A stretch of 63,999 nucleotides of DNA, the filler included, from Sphacelaria rigidula (lineage: Eukaryota): the NCBI GenBank assembly GCA_964200075.2. It is 3 parts of 3 records of this genome, joined end to end, with 100 filler letters (N's around TTAATTAATTAA, not from the genome) between each part and the next. Parts side by side here need not be neighbours in the genome. Positions count along the whole stretch, not along the records: positions 1 to 21,541 come from CAXNAA020000409.1; 2 more parts are not named here. The stretch is one strand, 5' to 3'. The notes under the pieces are model-generated. The model searched no databases. It was not told the DNA's origin and worked only from the letters and a program-made list of their open reading frames with translations. Positions within the stretch are counted from its first letter, which is position 1. Every line of letters begins with the position of its first letter. The position numbers and the translations under genes are program-made. Positions 1 to 12,200 of this stretch are shown here, piece after piece.

Positions 1-12
1 ACGACTAACTTT

Positions 13-102
13 TGTGACGGTTTAAGAGACTACCAACTAGACTACTGACAAGTCAGCGCTGACTGATCAGTAGTCTAGTTGGTAGTCTCTTAAACCGTCA
101 CA
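13..102. repeat. 90-bp near-perfect palindrome
   Basis: Perfect 36-bp arms at 13-48 and 67-102, an inner perfect palindrome AGTCAGCGCTGACT at 51-64, and only two mismatched pairs. Confidence 0.95.
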
Positions 103-2890
103 GATCGAAAACGTGCGGCGGAGAAAGAAATTGTTCGTATCTGATGTGTCCAGGAAATTTCTGTTCTCGACCATCTCAGAAAATATATGACACGAGCAAC
201 TTCTCTTTCGCCGCACGCTTTCCATCGAAAAACAAGTTGGCAAGACACAGCCGAAGGCCCTATCTGCTCGTCGGGACCAGAAAATAAAAGGAAGCGACAA
301 AGGGCGGAAAAAATAAGCATGCTGATTGATGGGTGCGACAATTTTCCCCCTTCAAGGGAAAGAAGCGGCGGGGCATTTGTTTGTGGCAGGAACGCTTTTG
401 TTTGAGGCAGCGGTGCTTTGTTTTCATAAAATGTGTTGGAATTTCCCAGGTTATTAGCCAAGACGTGTTTGGTCTGTCGGTCACGAAGGGCAACATAAAC
501 CAGTTGCGCGATGATCATTGCTGTGGTACACACGTGCGGCATAGCACGGACTTAGAGGCATACGTTCACATAAACTTGTGTACCTCACTACTGTACCAGG
601 ATAAACAGTGATAGTCCGAGCCGCAGCTACTGATCAACTGAGGACGACATGTTCGACTTGGAGAACATCGGTTCAAAATTGAATAAGGCGCGATGATTTC
701 CGTCACAAGGGTGCCGTGCAACACACCCCTGATTGATCAACGACTCCACCTTGAAGAACTTTGGTTGCACACACGTAGCCGGCCCTGTTCCCATATCGAA
801 TGGATTGCCGTGAAACAAATAGCATCATATTTACATGTCCAAGAACTAGCGCCAGGCGTGATGCGCTGGTGCTGTGGGTGCCCGTGCGTGTTCTGTCGGG
901 CTGGGTTGTGTAGGTGTAACGTGTTTCAATGTGTTTCAGTCGCCTGTTTACGGCTGCGTCCGGTGCAGAAAGAATCATCGCTGCTTTGCCCAGAAAGTCT
1001 GTTTTGGATCTCCTCGTTAAAACCCAAAGTGGTCGTGGTGGGGCAGCAAACTGCCTTTGTTCTGTCTCCTCGTCTTGTCTCGACAACAACCGGCCTTGAT
1101 GGTCTACATCTATTCACTTTCGCGGGGGCTTTCGTACAGTACGGTGGCTGTCCATAGAACGGTGCTTGCTTTATATTTTTATCCTGTTGTCGTGAACAGG
1201 AAATTCGCTGCACAGGTGTTTTATCCAGTACAACAGTAGTTCTTTTAAGAGATTACTATTTGCAGTGGACATGAGCCGAATCTTGTCGGAGCGCAGAATA
1301 TCACATGCCAGAATCACTTCGCTCTGTGTCTCAATCGCGACGATACTACACTTTCCCCCAAAAATCAGATAAAATTCGAATGTGGATTTCCGCCTGAGAA
1401 TGTGAGTGTGTACAAGTCTTTGTAGAACTTTCGAGTATCACGTTGCTGCATGGCTTGGCGATCGCGAGGCAGCGCATGCCACAATCTGAGACACACTGTT
1501 AGACCAAGTACATATGCATGCAGCTCTGGAGCTCACTGCATACGGCAAGAGAAAAGGTATCGCTCGACCCGTAGCTTGAAATTAGTTGAGTTTAATGCGC
1601 TTCGTTGGTTTATTGACTCTGTTTACACGCTGCACAATCGGTGGATATTTCTGTTGGCAGTTACTCTGTTCACATGTCTCTCTTCTTGCTGTAGTTGCCT
1701 CTACACAACTAGACTTCCCACCCGAAGAGTTGGTTGTTTACAGACCAATATTTACGGACACTTTCCAAGGCTCGCAGGAAACGATGACTGATTGATTCGT
1801 CTGGAAATTACTTGATCTTCATGTGATTGATTCTTACCGTAAGAATCAATCTTTAGGCTTTGTTTTCAGCCTTGCCACCCAGGTACGCGCAGCCCAGGCA
1901 CGTGGAATGGTGCAAAACTTGCGTGGAGATCTCCTTGACCAGCGGTCAACTTTTTTCTCTCTGCCGAGCAACCGGGCCTGAAATAAATCGTGGATTTGGT
2001 GATTTGAACAGGCGGTGATTCGTCCAAACCGTGAAACGTTCGATCAAGAGTTGTCTACAAGCAAACAGTTGCGCGAAACACAGGCATTTCATCCGATAAT
2101 CACCCGTAATAGGCAAAGTTCAGAAATGTCCGACATGACCGTCCTGGACACGATCCGTCTGCGGCATCTTGGATTTTCATATCGCACGCAGTAAGAATTG
2201 AGGCAAGCGAAGCAAATGGAAGGCGGAGGGAAGAATACTGTTGCGTGTCCTTCCTCTTGTGTGTGACTCCGGCTGGTGCGCTCACATGCACCGGAAGCTG
2301 TGGGGGTTCACCATAAATGGGACAAAACACTCACACGCCCTCTCTCACACACACATTTAACATGCATAGGGTACCCAGGGTATCGATTGCCGAAGACTCT
2401 CAGTATCCCAGCGTACCTAGGGTATCGACGCCCCAGAATGTCCTAATTTGGACCCTACTGTACCCCGCCCGCAGCAGGCTCAGTCAACGCGATCAAGCCT
2501 TCATGGTACACACGTCGACAACCCGCGACAACAAGATAGTATCCACCATGCCTGCGGCTCCTTCGCGTCCCCCCACTCCAACCGTCAAACAACGACGGGC
2601 TTGGTTTTGTGATATAGACACTACCCTCTGCTACCACATAATGTCCGCTAAATGTAGGAAGGTACATATAATAGTAGAGCACAACGCAGTACGGGCAGAA
2701 TAGGAAGAGGAAAGGAGGGGGGATTGCACGTGTGTTCTGCCGTTTTGCACAGCAAGCACGTGCTTCGCTTCAGTTACCAGCGAAGATGCAGCATTTTCAT
2801 CGTTGTATGTATGCGTGTCGATTTCCGTTGTTTCCATTTCCCCATCGCGGGTGGGGATCTGGCTGGTACCTCTTCGTGAAAATGTGGCAG

Positions 2891-3917
2891 GGTGCAGACA
2901 AGTGCTTAGCCGGACTCAAGAAGGCCACCAGCAATGACGACCTCGTCGCTATGGCTTCGCTGCTGGCCGAGGCTGATCAGATGGGCTACGCCGGAGAGGG
3001 CGTGGAGGAGGCTCGGGCTACTGTTCAGCGCTCTGAACTGGAGATCGAGCTGAGGGCTGGTATCAGGTGAAGAGCCATTACTGTACTGTGTAAGGTACAG
3101 TACACTCATGGTGACGGAAGGGACGGTAGGTGGAGAGCTCCATTGGTTCAGTGTATATTTGTCCAGCTGCTGTCGATCACTTCCCTCTGCTGGTGCCGCT
3201 GCACTCGTCGTACCCGTGCTCCCGTATGGCCGCCTCATGGATGCCATCATGTGAAACGAGCTGGGTTCTTCTCTGATCAATCAATGCACCACCGAGGATG
3301 TAGTATGTCCAATGAACACGAGGCAGGTTTCTAAGCGTCCAGGCCCGGGCGCGCACTTTCCCAGGTAACACCATCAGACGCCAATGCCCTCTGTGTATGG
3401 TCTCGCTCATGCCTATCGCTGGTGGATGATCGCTCAATTGCTTCAATGCTGTAACGTCGGCTCTCAGGGGTGACCTTGCCTCCCGTCCCTCTACTCCCCG
3501 TTTGAGTGAGTGTACGGAACCATGCCTGCCGTATGCCTGCATGATTCCTACGGCACAAAACACAGAGGATCACACTAACGACAAGGCGCCATGTGGCAAC
3601 AAAACACGACAATAGATGACGCGGTTGGTGTGGCTATGGTGCCGGTTGTGTACCCGTCAATAACTCTTGCACCGCTGCTCCGTTTCACGACTCAATCGTT
3701 TGTTTTCCCCGCCCTTGTTTCCCGATTTCTGCAACATGCCATGTGTCGTTTGTATCCGTATATGCGCACACACCGCGTTCCGTTTGTGCCATATGTCAGC
3801 GCGTCCGCAATATTCGGCGACACTGAGAGGCTCGCTTTGGCCGTGGAGACGTCCAATCAGATTTCCGTGGATCATGCTCTTCTTGTGGATGCTCTCCGAG
3901 AGCTTGTGAATGGCAAC
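2891..3917 (+). CDS. Two internal exons of an unknown alpha-helical protein; may or may not belong to the 9242-15034 gene
   Basis: 2891-3066 (GADKCLAGLKKATSNDDLVAMASLLAEADQMGYAGEGVEEARATVQRSELEIELRAGI) joins 3800-3917 (SASAIFGDTERLALAVETSNQISVDHALLVDALRELVNGN) in phase 2 with canonical AG/GT sites. A possible upstream 13-nt micro-exon lies at 1870-1882. Confidence 0.6.
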
Positions 3918-4494
3918 GTAAGAACGGCGGGGATGTGCGGGGCATGTTTTCTTTGCGGCATACAGTTCCGTGAATCTACTGCGGGAAAATGTCGCGCGGG
4001 AATAGGTTCATTTTCACTTGTTTCGCCCTAACGGTAGATCTAATCGGGCAATGTCGCCATCGACTCGCGCGGAATTACTAGTGAGTGGATTGACTACTAG
4101 TTGCCACTTACAGCGCTGTTTCTTGCCCTTTCATTCGGCTACCGACAAGGTTTGACGTGTCCGTTCGAAACACTTGTAGCTGGTACAAGTGAGTGCATTA
4201 TCCGATGGATGAACTGGCCATTGGTGGGCATTGCTTTGCGCTGAAATGACAGGGGCGGGTCCAACGTCATTCCGCCGCAAAATCAAGATGATGCACTCAG
4301 TGTCGAGCGACGCTTTTGCGCCCCATGGCCAATATATGCATGCATTGTACATTTTCTTACTCTCGGTGTGGTGTCGCCGGGGGGAGATCGGTCGTTCAAT
4401 CTCAACCGTTTTACCGCTACAACGGTGGGCCATCGCTTTATCACAGTCAGTCGTCAAGTGAAATAAGAAATGATGCCGATTCAACCCATGGCCC

Positions 4495-4559
4495 ACCCTA
4501 GTGGTCAAAAGGTAGAGGTAGCCTTGTGATACCTTTCGATACCCTTTGACCGCCAGGGT
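4495..4559. repeat. 65-bp hairpin or mini-MITE
   Basis: ACCCTAGTGGTCAAAAGGTA (4495-4514) matches the reverse complement of 4540-4559 (ACCCTGGCGGTCAAAGGGTA) at 17/20. Confidence 0.6.
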
Positions 4560-7500
4560 AGATCAAATATTGAAAGGGTATCCTTGTCACCTGAACAGCA
4601 TGTACGAATTATCCAGATCACGACTCACGCTGCCCTTCTAAGAGTTGAGGTCAATTATTGGCCAATGAAGTTTAATGAAAACGCTGTGGTCATTTCGGGT
4701 TTGTTAAAAATCCGAACGGATGACCCAGATCTGTCTCTTGACGGCGGTTCGGTCACGGGAACTTCCCATACATGCTCAATCCAGTGGTTCAAAACGACAA
4801 CAGGTACTTTAGTTGGCCTTTGATACATCATGTCGAACAAAGAGAACATATCATCATACGAAGAGAGTCGGTCGCGACAAGCAAGATCTTGGCAGGTCGG
4901 CGCCTGGTGCGATCGTTGTTTTTTCGGGCATGGCGTGCCTTGTTTGACGAGAAATCGGGTTGTTTCTTGATTCTTAAGGCAAAGTGACAGTATCTCACGT
5001 GATCTATTCCACGGATTTGTTTTGAAAAATCACATCTGCATATGTCGCACCAGACGTGAAATGAGTACAACAAAAGCATTGGGGACTGGTATGTCCATAG
5101 CCTCTACCGCGGGCTGGCTGTGGCATGTCTAAGCGATGTAACTGCAGCTCTCGCCGTCGGTGTAAGATACCGCTACATCAACCACTGGGTCGTGGTGCAA
5201 CGCAGCGTTGTCTCGTGTGGGTGGGGCGTGGCGTGGCCCCTTACAGCCATTCCGTGCCTTTGTCATTGCAGACCTTTTGCCCATAATTCAGCTGTCTTTC
5301 GGAACGGAACACACGAAATACTGTAGCGGGCTACACGAAATCGAAGAGCCAAATGATGATTACATGTCCCCAAGAGTTGGTTGCTGAAGAATGATAATAT
5401 ACTTCATTCCGTGCCGCTGATAGAAGGAACCTCACTGTTGGCTTATGGGTGGATATGTTAGAGATACATGATCAAACTCTATGTGGTGAGCTTGCATGCC
5501 CAAGAAGACTTGGCCTGGCCGCTGAGACCCGAGCAAATGCGTTCATGTAGGTAGAGGTACACATGGGTGCGACGGGGACTCCGATGCTCCTGATCGTTCT
5601 GGCTCCTCGACAAAATGATAGCTTGCGTTTATTGTGCCGTTGCCACACCGCGTATAGTAACCTGGCTTCACCCACGGTTTGGAATGACTCGAGGGTTATT
5701 ATCGTAGTATAGAACAATGATCATTTGGGGTGCGGGAGCGACGTTTTGCAGAAACACAGGATGGGCGTTTTCAGTATTCCGCACGCGGTTCGGTTGAGGC
5801 GAGGCGTTCTTTCCCACCCGCGAGAAGCAAACAAGGTGATGTAAGCGATCGTGATCGGCACTTGCCGGCCGGTTCTGCGCTTCAAGTTGGGAGCTGTATC
5901 ATCTAAAGCGAGTTGTCTGAGGCGGAAAGGTGGCCTCGCTAATTCTGCTCGTTGTCCGTCGTTTTGAGTCCAGATGCATTTCACAAAGCCCAGCAAAGGA
6001 AGGAGATGAACGATACAAAACGCAGTGAATATTACATTTCACCTCGAAGCTGTCCACACGTTGATGGCGAGATACAAGGCGCAAAGCTCGATAGCCCGAG
6101 GCGTAGCACCGATTCAGCGGGTCGATTGTGTGATTGAGTTTGTTTCAGCCGGCCATGAAATGAATCAGCGTTTTCTGTTTTTCGGAGAAGTGCCTGAAGC
6201 TGACGGTTTTGGTGGGAAGCAAACGAAGTGACAAGCTTCGACGCATATTCCTGTTGCTCGCCCAATATCGAAACAACTCCATTGAAAGGCATGGCTCCAT
6301 ACTGCGGTGGGGGTGGACTGTGGCTACCCCTGAACGTGTCAGGCTGTCCAGCTTGATTCTGTGTAGTTGGCGAGGCATGTCTGGGAATACTGAGTACATG
6401 GTTCCAACAATTGTGCGTTACGTTCACGTGGCATAGCACGGAATCTCTCCACACTGGTGTGTGGTTGTGTGCGCCGCATGGTGTGGCTGAAAAAGCTTCG
6501 AGTTTCCATTTTTAGCTTTCCGGTAGTACTCGAACAACTGCACATGATTCGGTGAAGCCATCCAGGAGCAGAAATGACGCGGACCTATCACAGCGTTTTG
6601 TTGTTGTCCCGTTGCTTTTTCTCGCGGTCCGAAACGTTCGATGAGACAGCTGCTTACCTCTTGGCAAGTTTGGATGTGATGGCTAGTCGTACAGGCCAGG
6701 ATTGGTTGGTCATGATGGTCTGAGCAGGGTCGGGTATCTGGGATACCACACCATGTTGCGGAGGAGTTGTGGCCGAGCGCTGGTTGACCTTGCGAGCATG
6801 GTACTACCTCTCATGCAATCAAGTGATCTTACAGGGAGTCAAGAGAGCAGCCGAAGAACTGAGGCCTCTCGTCGCGGAGTTTCACGGAACTCAGGAAAAC
6901 CTCTCCTGCACACATGGTCGGTGTGGGCATGATGGAAACACAAACGCACGAAGTTCACGCACTTGAGAAGTGGCTCACAATATCCCTACACATGGCCATC
7001 GCAGAAGGTTTCACGTCTACAGGGAAGTAACTACGTCAGGGTAGAATGCCGACGAAGAGTTGTGAACACAATATTCTAGCGGTGGTGTGAGGGCATGAAA
7101 TGTAGACGATTCAGACGATATGACAAACGGGGCGGCAAACGGTCACGCATACGGTGGTGGGACATGACTCATCCACTGTAAAATGTCCTTCATTCACGAT
7201 CATACCAACCAGTCTTCCCAGCCGGCAGCCTTTCTTCATGTCCGTTCGTTTTGAAATAGTCCAAATCCAGTTCGGGTAGAGTTTACCCCATATACTCGGG
7301 TCTTCGAAAACAGACGTGAGTGCAGTACCCGAACAACTGCGTGTAGTATGGAGATACTACCCAACTCTACTCAACCAATCGGTTGAGCATTGATATCATA
7401 CCGAAATGATACACTACTATATGCCCGGGTATTGCTAAGATTACCCACCCGCAATTTGGGTAAAATATTGACACCTTATAATTTTTTCTGAAGTGTGGGT

Positions 7501-9241
7501 GGAATATCGAGATCGTGCCAATTTCCACCGAAGCCTTGAATAGAGTTTTGAGGTGATACCCATTTCATCCAGAACTTGCGCAGAGAAAGTACCCGACACG
7601 GGTACTGTATCATCCCGCGTACTCAAAAGTATACATACCTTACCCGACTTGCCCTTGAAATTGTCATGACTTGTTGTAGTCAGCCAAGGTCACTTGTACC
7701 GACGGCACTCGGTTTCGCGGTGACATGAACGATGGATCAAGCGTTCATAGTTCATTCATTGGTTGTCCCCAGCACTAATATTTCCCGACCGCCACTTCTG
7801 ACTGAGTCTGCACATGTAACGGGGCAGATGATGTGTATCAGTGTCCTGCTGAGGCCAGCAGAATACGTGTCCGCCAGGATCATAAACGCGACCCTGCTGT
7901 ATATGGTGAGCGTTAGCATTGCTTTCCTATTTTGCGACCGGACTGCAAATATAACATACCGACAAAAAGAACAAGAGGCAAATGCATGATCGGAACATGA
8001 ACTCGCGGTCGACCCAAACAAGCGAAGGCCAGCATATATTTTCTTCACGTACGCCTTTTGCTCAGATCTACCGTCGAAAGGTAGTAAAAACACCAGTGTA
8101 GAAACACGCCAAAGGTCACGACCTATAGGGATCAGATTGTCTTGGCTCGGATATTTCCGTTCGAGGCATTCGACTCTTGACCCCTGGCGCTTCGTTTGAG
8201 CTCTGCAGCTGCCAGTCGCAATGACCGCGAGCAATTCCTTCGCATACTCCTGTAGCGTTCGGTTATTGTGTTGTATGAATAGACATTCATTATCCTTCGA
8301 GATTCTTTCCGCTACCGCACTTCGCCCGGTCCTTCCACCCCCGTATATTCTGTTCCTGTTCACCTCCGGCAAGCTGTATTTATAGCACGTGCGAATGTGG
8401 AACGCTTGGAGCGAGGGAACGTGACCCACGACAAGCTTGGGGCAACCCATCTAGCCTCTTGTGTTGGCCCGTTTTGCAAACCTGCTCCTGCCTTCTCGTC
8501 TCCCTTTCCCTCCTCCCAATGATCTCGGGGGCTGGTCGTGTTTTTCTAGTCAATCAAAGCCAAACCAAAGCTTCAAGTGTGCTGTCCACAACGCGATGAG
8601 TGATGGCCGCGAAAGCAATCCACCTCATGATGTTTATCATGCCGTCAAGTAGAATGTGGTTGTCAGCGATGTGGTACTGTACACGTTCGAAACGAAGTAA
8701 GTCGAGGTACACGAGCGACTGCGAAGAAAAATGTACACCTGGTGGCCAAAATGGGCAAGGTTTCGACAAGAACGGATAGACCTCTATTGTAGGGGACATA
8801 AATGCCGGCATGGATACATGCCTTTCTTGCCGCTTGTGGCCGCTTAACACGAAGCACATTTCTTCAAGTTCCTGAAACCTTGCGACTGTTCCAAGTGCCG
8901 TTCTCGTGTATCTGTTGAGAAGCACATCGATATCGCGGGTTGGCAGCAGGAAGAATGGTATCGAGTCAACCCCTCGTCACTTTTGCCTCGGAAGGTGAAC
9001 GGCTGGCCTCTGTGTACCCTGAAGAATTCAGGGGTGAAGAGAAGCGCGTTTCCGTGGAGTATATATACCTCATGATGTCACGTGTACGTGTGTGGCGTGA
9101 TCCCTTGGTGTTCCCGTGTGGCCATCGAGTGACCACCTCCGGCCTGTCTTTCTTTGCCAATCCCCCGTTCTCTTTTTTGACGCTGTCCGCTGTGTTTTTT
9201 GTTACATGTGACTGGAATCGCACCAAATATGTACCGAGCAG

Positions 9242-12200
9242 GCTGCGAGAGCTAGCGCTGAATTTGTTCAAGTAAAGCGTAGCGCCGCCGAGGCCTGCGA
9301 AGAAACTCTCTCTTTTGCCGAATCTCGTGCGATCTCTCGTCAAGACGCTATCGAAGCCCGCGCCAAGGCTAGTGCCGAAACTGCCGCTATGAAGGCCGCG
9401 TCGGAGATGTCGGATCTCACTTCTCGGCTAGCAGCGCAGCAGCACCGGAACGACGTTGTCAAGAGCATGTTGCGGGACGCGGAGCGCCAGAGAGCGGAGG
9501 AGATGGAACGCTCCGAGTCGACGCACCGCCAGCTCGAGGCGGCCGCCCAGAAACGTTTGAAGGACTCAATCACCAGGTCCACGAATATCGAGGAAGCCAT
9601 GCAGGCTTCGCTCGAGAAGGAGCGACGGAGGACGGAAGACGCCGAGGGCAGGATGCGGGCGGCCCTGGAGAGGATCACCCACCTCGAGGCTGAGGCGGCG
9701 CAACGAGAGACCAAGACGCACGCACTTGAGGCCAAGGTAGGGCGCCGTACTGACAGGGGGTGTTACGTTCATGGCCTTCCGGGGTTACTGGGAGAACACT
9801 TCTCCTTGCGCCGACTCGACCTCGACAAAGCCACAGCGGCCTCGCTTCGTGCTGTTCGTTGTTGCTGGTGTGTCATTTTTTACTGGAGAGACGCGCAAAG
9901 CTAAGAAACATATTCTCCAGCAGGTGTACACTTATTTGCAGGAGAGGGACACAAACGTTTTCAGCTAATGGAAGGAGTATACACTTCACCTTGCATGTTG
10001 CCATGAGAGCTGTGCATTTTCAGACAAGAATGTTCCATCGGAAGATTGAATCGTTATCGCGTGGTGCGCAGGTAGCACTGCACCGTGGCACCCAGAAACG
10101 AGTGGTAACGGAACGGCTCTAGTGCTGCGATTCGCAATGATGCTCTCTCTCTATCTCTAGCACCCATGCTGGGCGCCGCGATGCAGCTCCTAAACGATAC
10201 TCACGAAATAAAATAAATAAGTTGTGCCCTTGCCTCGGCCCCCCTCGTCCGTCGCTGAGCAGCTCGGGGGCGCTTGCTGACTGAGCACAGGCTAGTGAGC
10301 GAGGAAAGAATGGTGTCCATGGAGGGCGACTTGAGCGCTGCGGCGTCGCGAGATGCCGAGGCAAGTGGCCTGACTCGTGGCAGCACTTGACCCTCTTGCC
10401 TTGGCATCTTGCTGCACCGCAGCGCTGATCTCGTTCTTCATGGACACTATCTTTTCCTTGCTCGCCGATCCGCGCTCAGTCCGCTCGTGCACCTGAGCCA
10501 CTCCGCGACGGGGGAAAGGAGGGTAGGGGAGGCTAGCGCCCACGTGGTCATCAAGTTTGTGAGCACTGTTTCCAAGCTGCACTGCGGCGTCGGGGACTGG
10601 CCCCATTGACAGAGAGAATCATCGTAAGACATGATGAGCGAGGTATTCCGTTACCGTTCGTTCCTGAGCACCATGTGCAGTACTACATGCGCACCGAGCG
10701 ATGGCTTCAAGTCCTACACATCGCGTTCGCCCCCCGTGTTTTGTTGTTGACACTCATACCGTGATAGTGAAGACTACATATCCCGGCACCATGCTTCCCG
10801 ACTAGCCGGGTGTTTCTAAAAGAAATACGTACACCAAAGTAGCTCTGCCGTAGATACTGACGTAGTTCTCAAAGTTTCGTCACCTCCCGCTCTCGGTTTA
10901 TCCCTCCCTCCATGGCTAAATATGTCAGATCCAAGAGCTCAACGACCACGTAGTCGCCACAGAGACCAGGCTAGCCGAAGCCCTCGTTACAGAGGCCAAG
11001 GCTCTCCACGACATTGAAGGGGTCAGAGAAGACCGCTTCGAGTACGAGATACTGGCCGCGGAGGCTGCCGAACGATCTGATGGTATGAGAGCGGAGAAGA
11101 ATCTCGCATTTAAGACGGCACAGGATGCGGGGAAGAAGGTGATAATTCTGTCGGTGATCATGCTTTCTTCGTTGTGGTACTTTATTCTGTTCTTGGAAGG
11201 GGGAGGGGAAAGGGAAGCGGCTGTGAAGCTTGGGTGCTGTGCCGTGTCATGCAGCGCTGTGACGTGACTGGTTTCATTGTCGCACATGAACTGACCCCAG
11301 CCGTAGTCACGAGACCGACGCCCCCAAGATGAGCCAAACGATAGCCCTGGTTGAAGAAGAAGGAAAGTCGAAAAGACATGAGACGGAGAGGACACGGTAA
11401 ACTAAATAGCCTCAAGCCAACAACACAAAACCAGAAACCAAGATGAAAAACGATAGGAAAGAAACGGGGAAGCGTTGGAAATAAAACAACGAAGTTTTTG
11501 CGACGAAAACGAAATAAGAAAATAGCACCACAACTGGCCGGCCCCTGCAGCACGTTTTCAAGTGAGAAAGATTGCGCCCATACGCCTAGCCAAACCAAAA
11601 GGCCGTGGGAGCGAGCGGCTTGCGGCCCAGCCGTTTCGGACCATTCTATTTGGGCACAAGCTCTGACCCATCCTGAGCCTCACTGAAACAAGGCCCCACA
11701 TTTCCTCTGTAAAACACTGAGAGAGAATAAATAGAGAGAGACAGAGAAAGGCAGAACAGAGAAGAAGGGAAATGCGGAAGCGGCGAAATCCGCGGACAAC
11801 AGGGAGCATGTACAAGAGCACACTTAGAAATACCGCAAGACCACAAGCCAAGGGGGAAAAGGCAACAGCCAATGAGCGAAGACAGGGGTACATATAGTAT
11901 ATCTCTCTTCGTGATAGCTCAGCTTCCCCTACTTATCCCTGTTTGAGTACAGAGCGGGACACTCTCTCGACTATCTCCACCCTGGATTCCGCGCGAGCTG
12001 TTGCTGTAGCCGTCGCTGTATCATCAGTAGCGGCTTTCTCTCCGATTGGCGGCTCTCGGCGCAGAAGCCCTCCGTTTGTGGTAAAGGTCCGATTGGAGTT
12101 TGTCCCCGCGTCGCCACGTGTCCTCGAACGCTTCCCCCACGTTCTCGACTCAAAGATGCCACTTGCTCATGTTTTTCTCGGCCGCAGATACCCAATTCGT

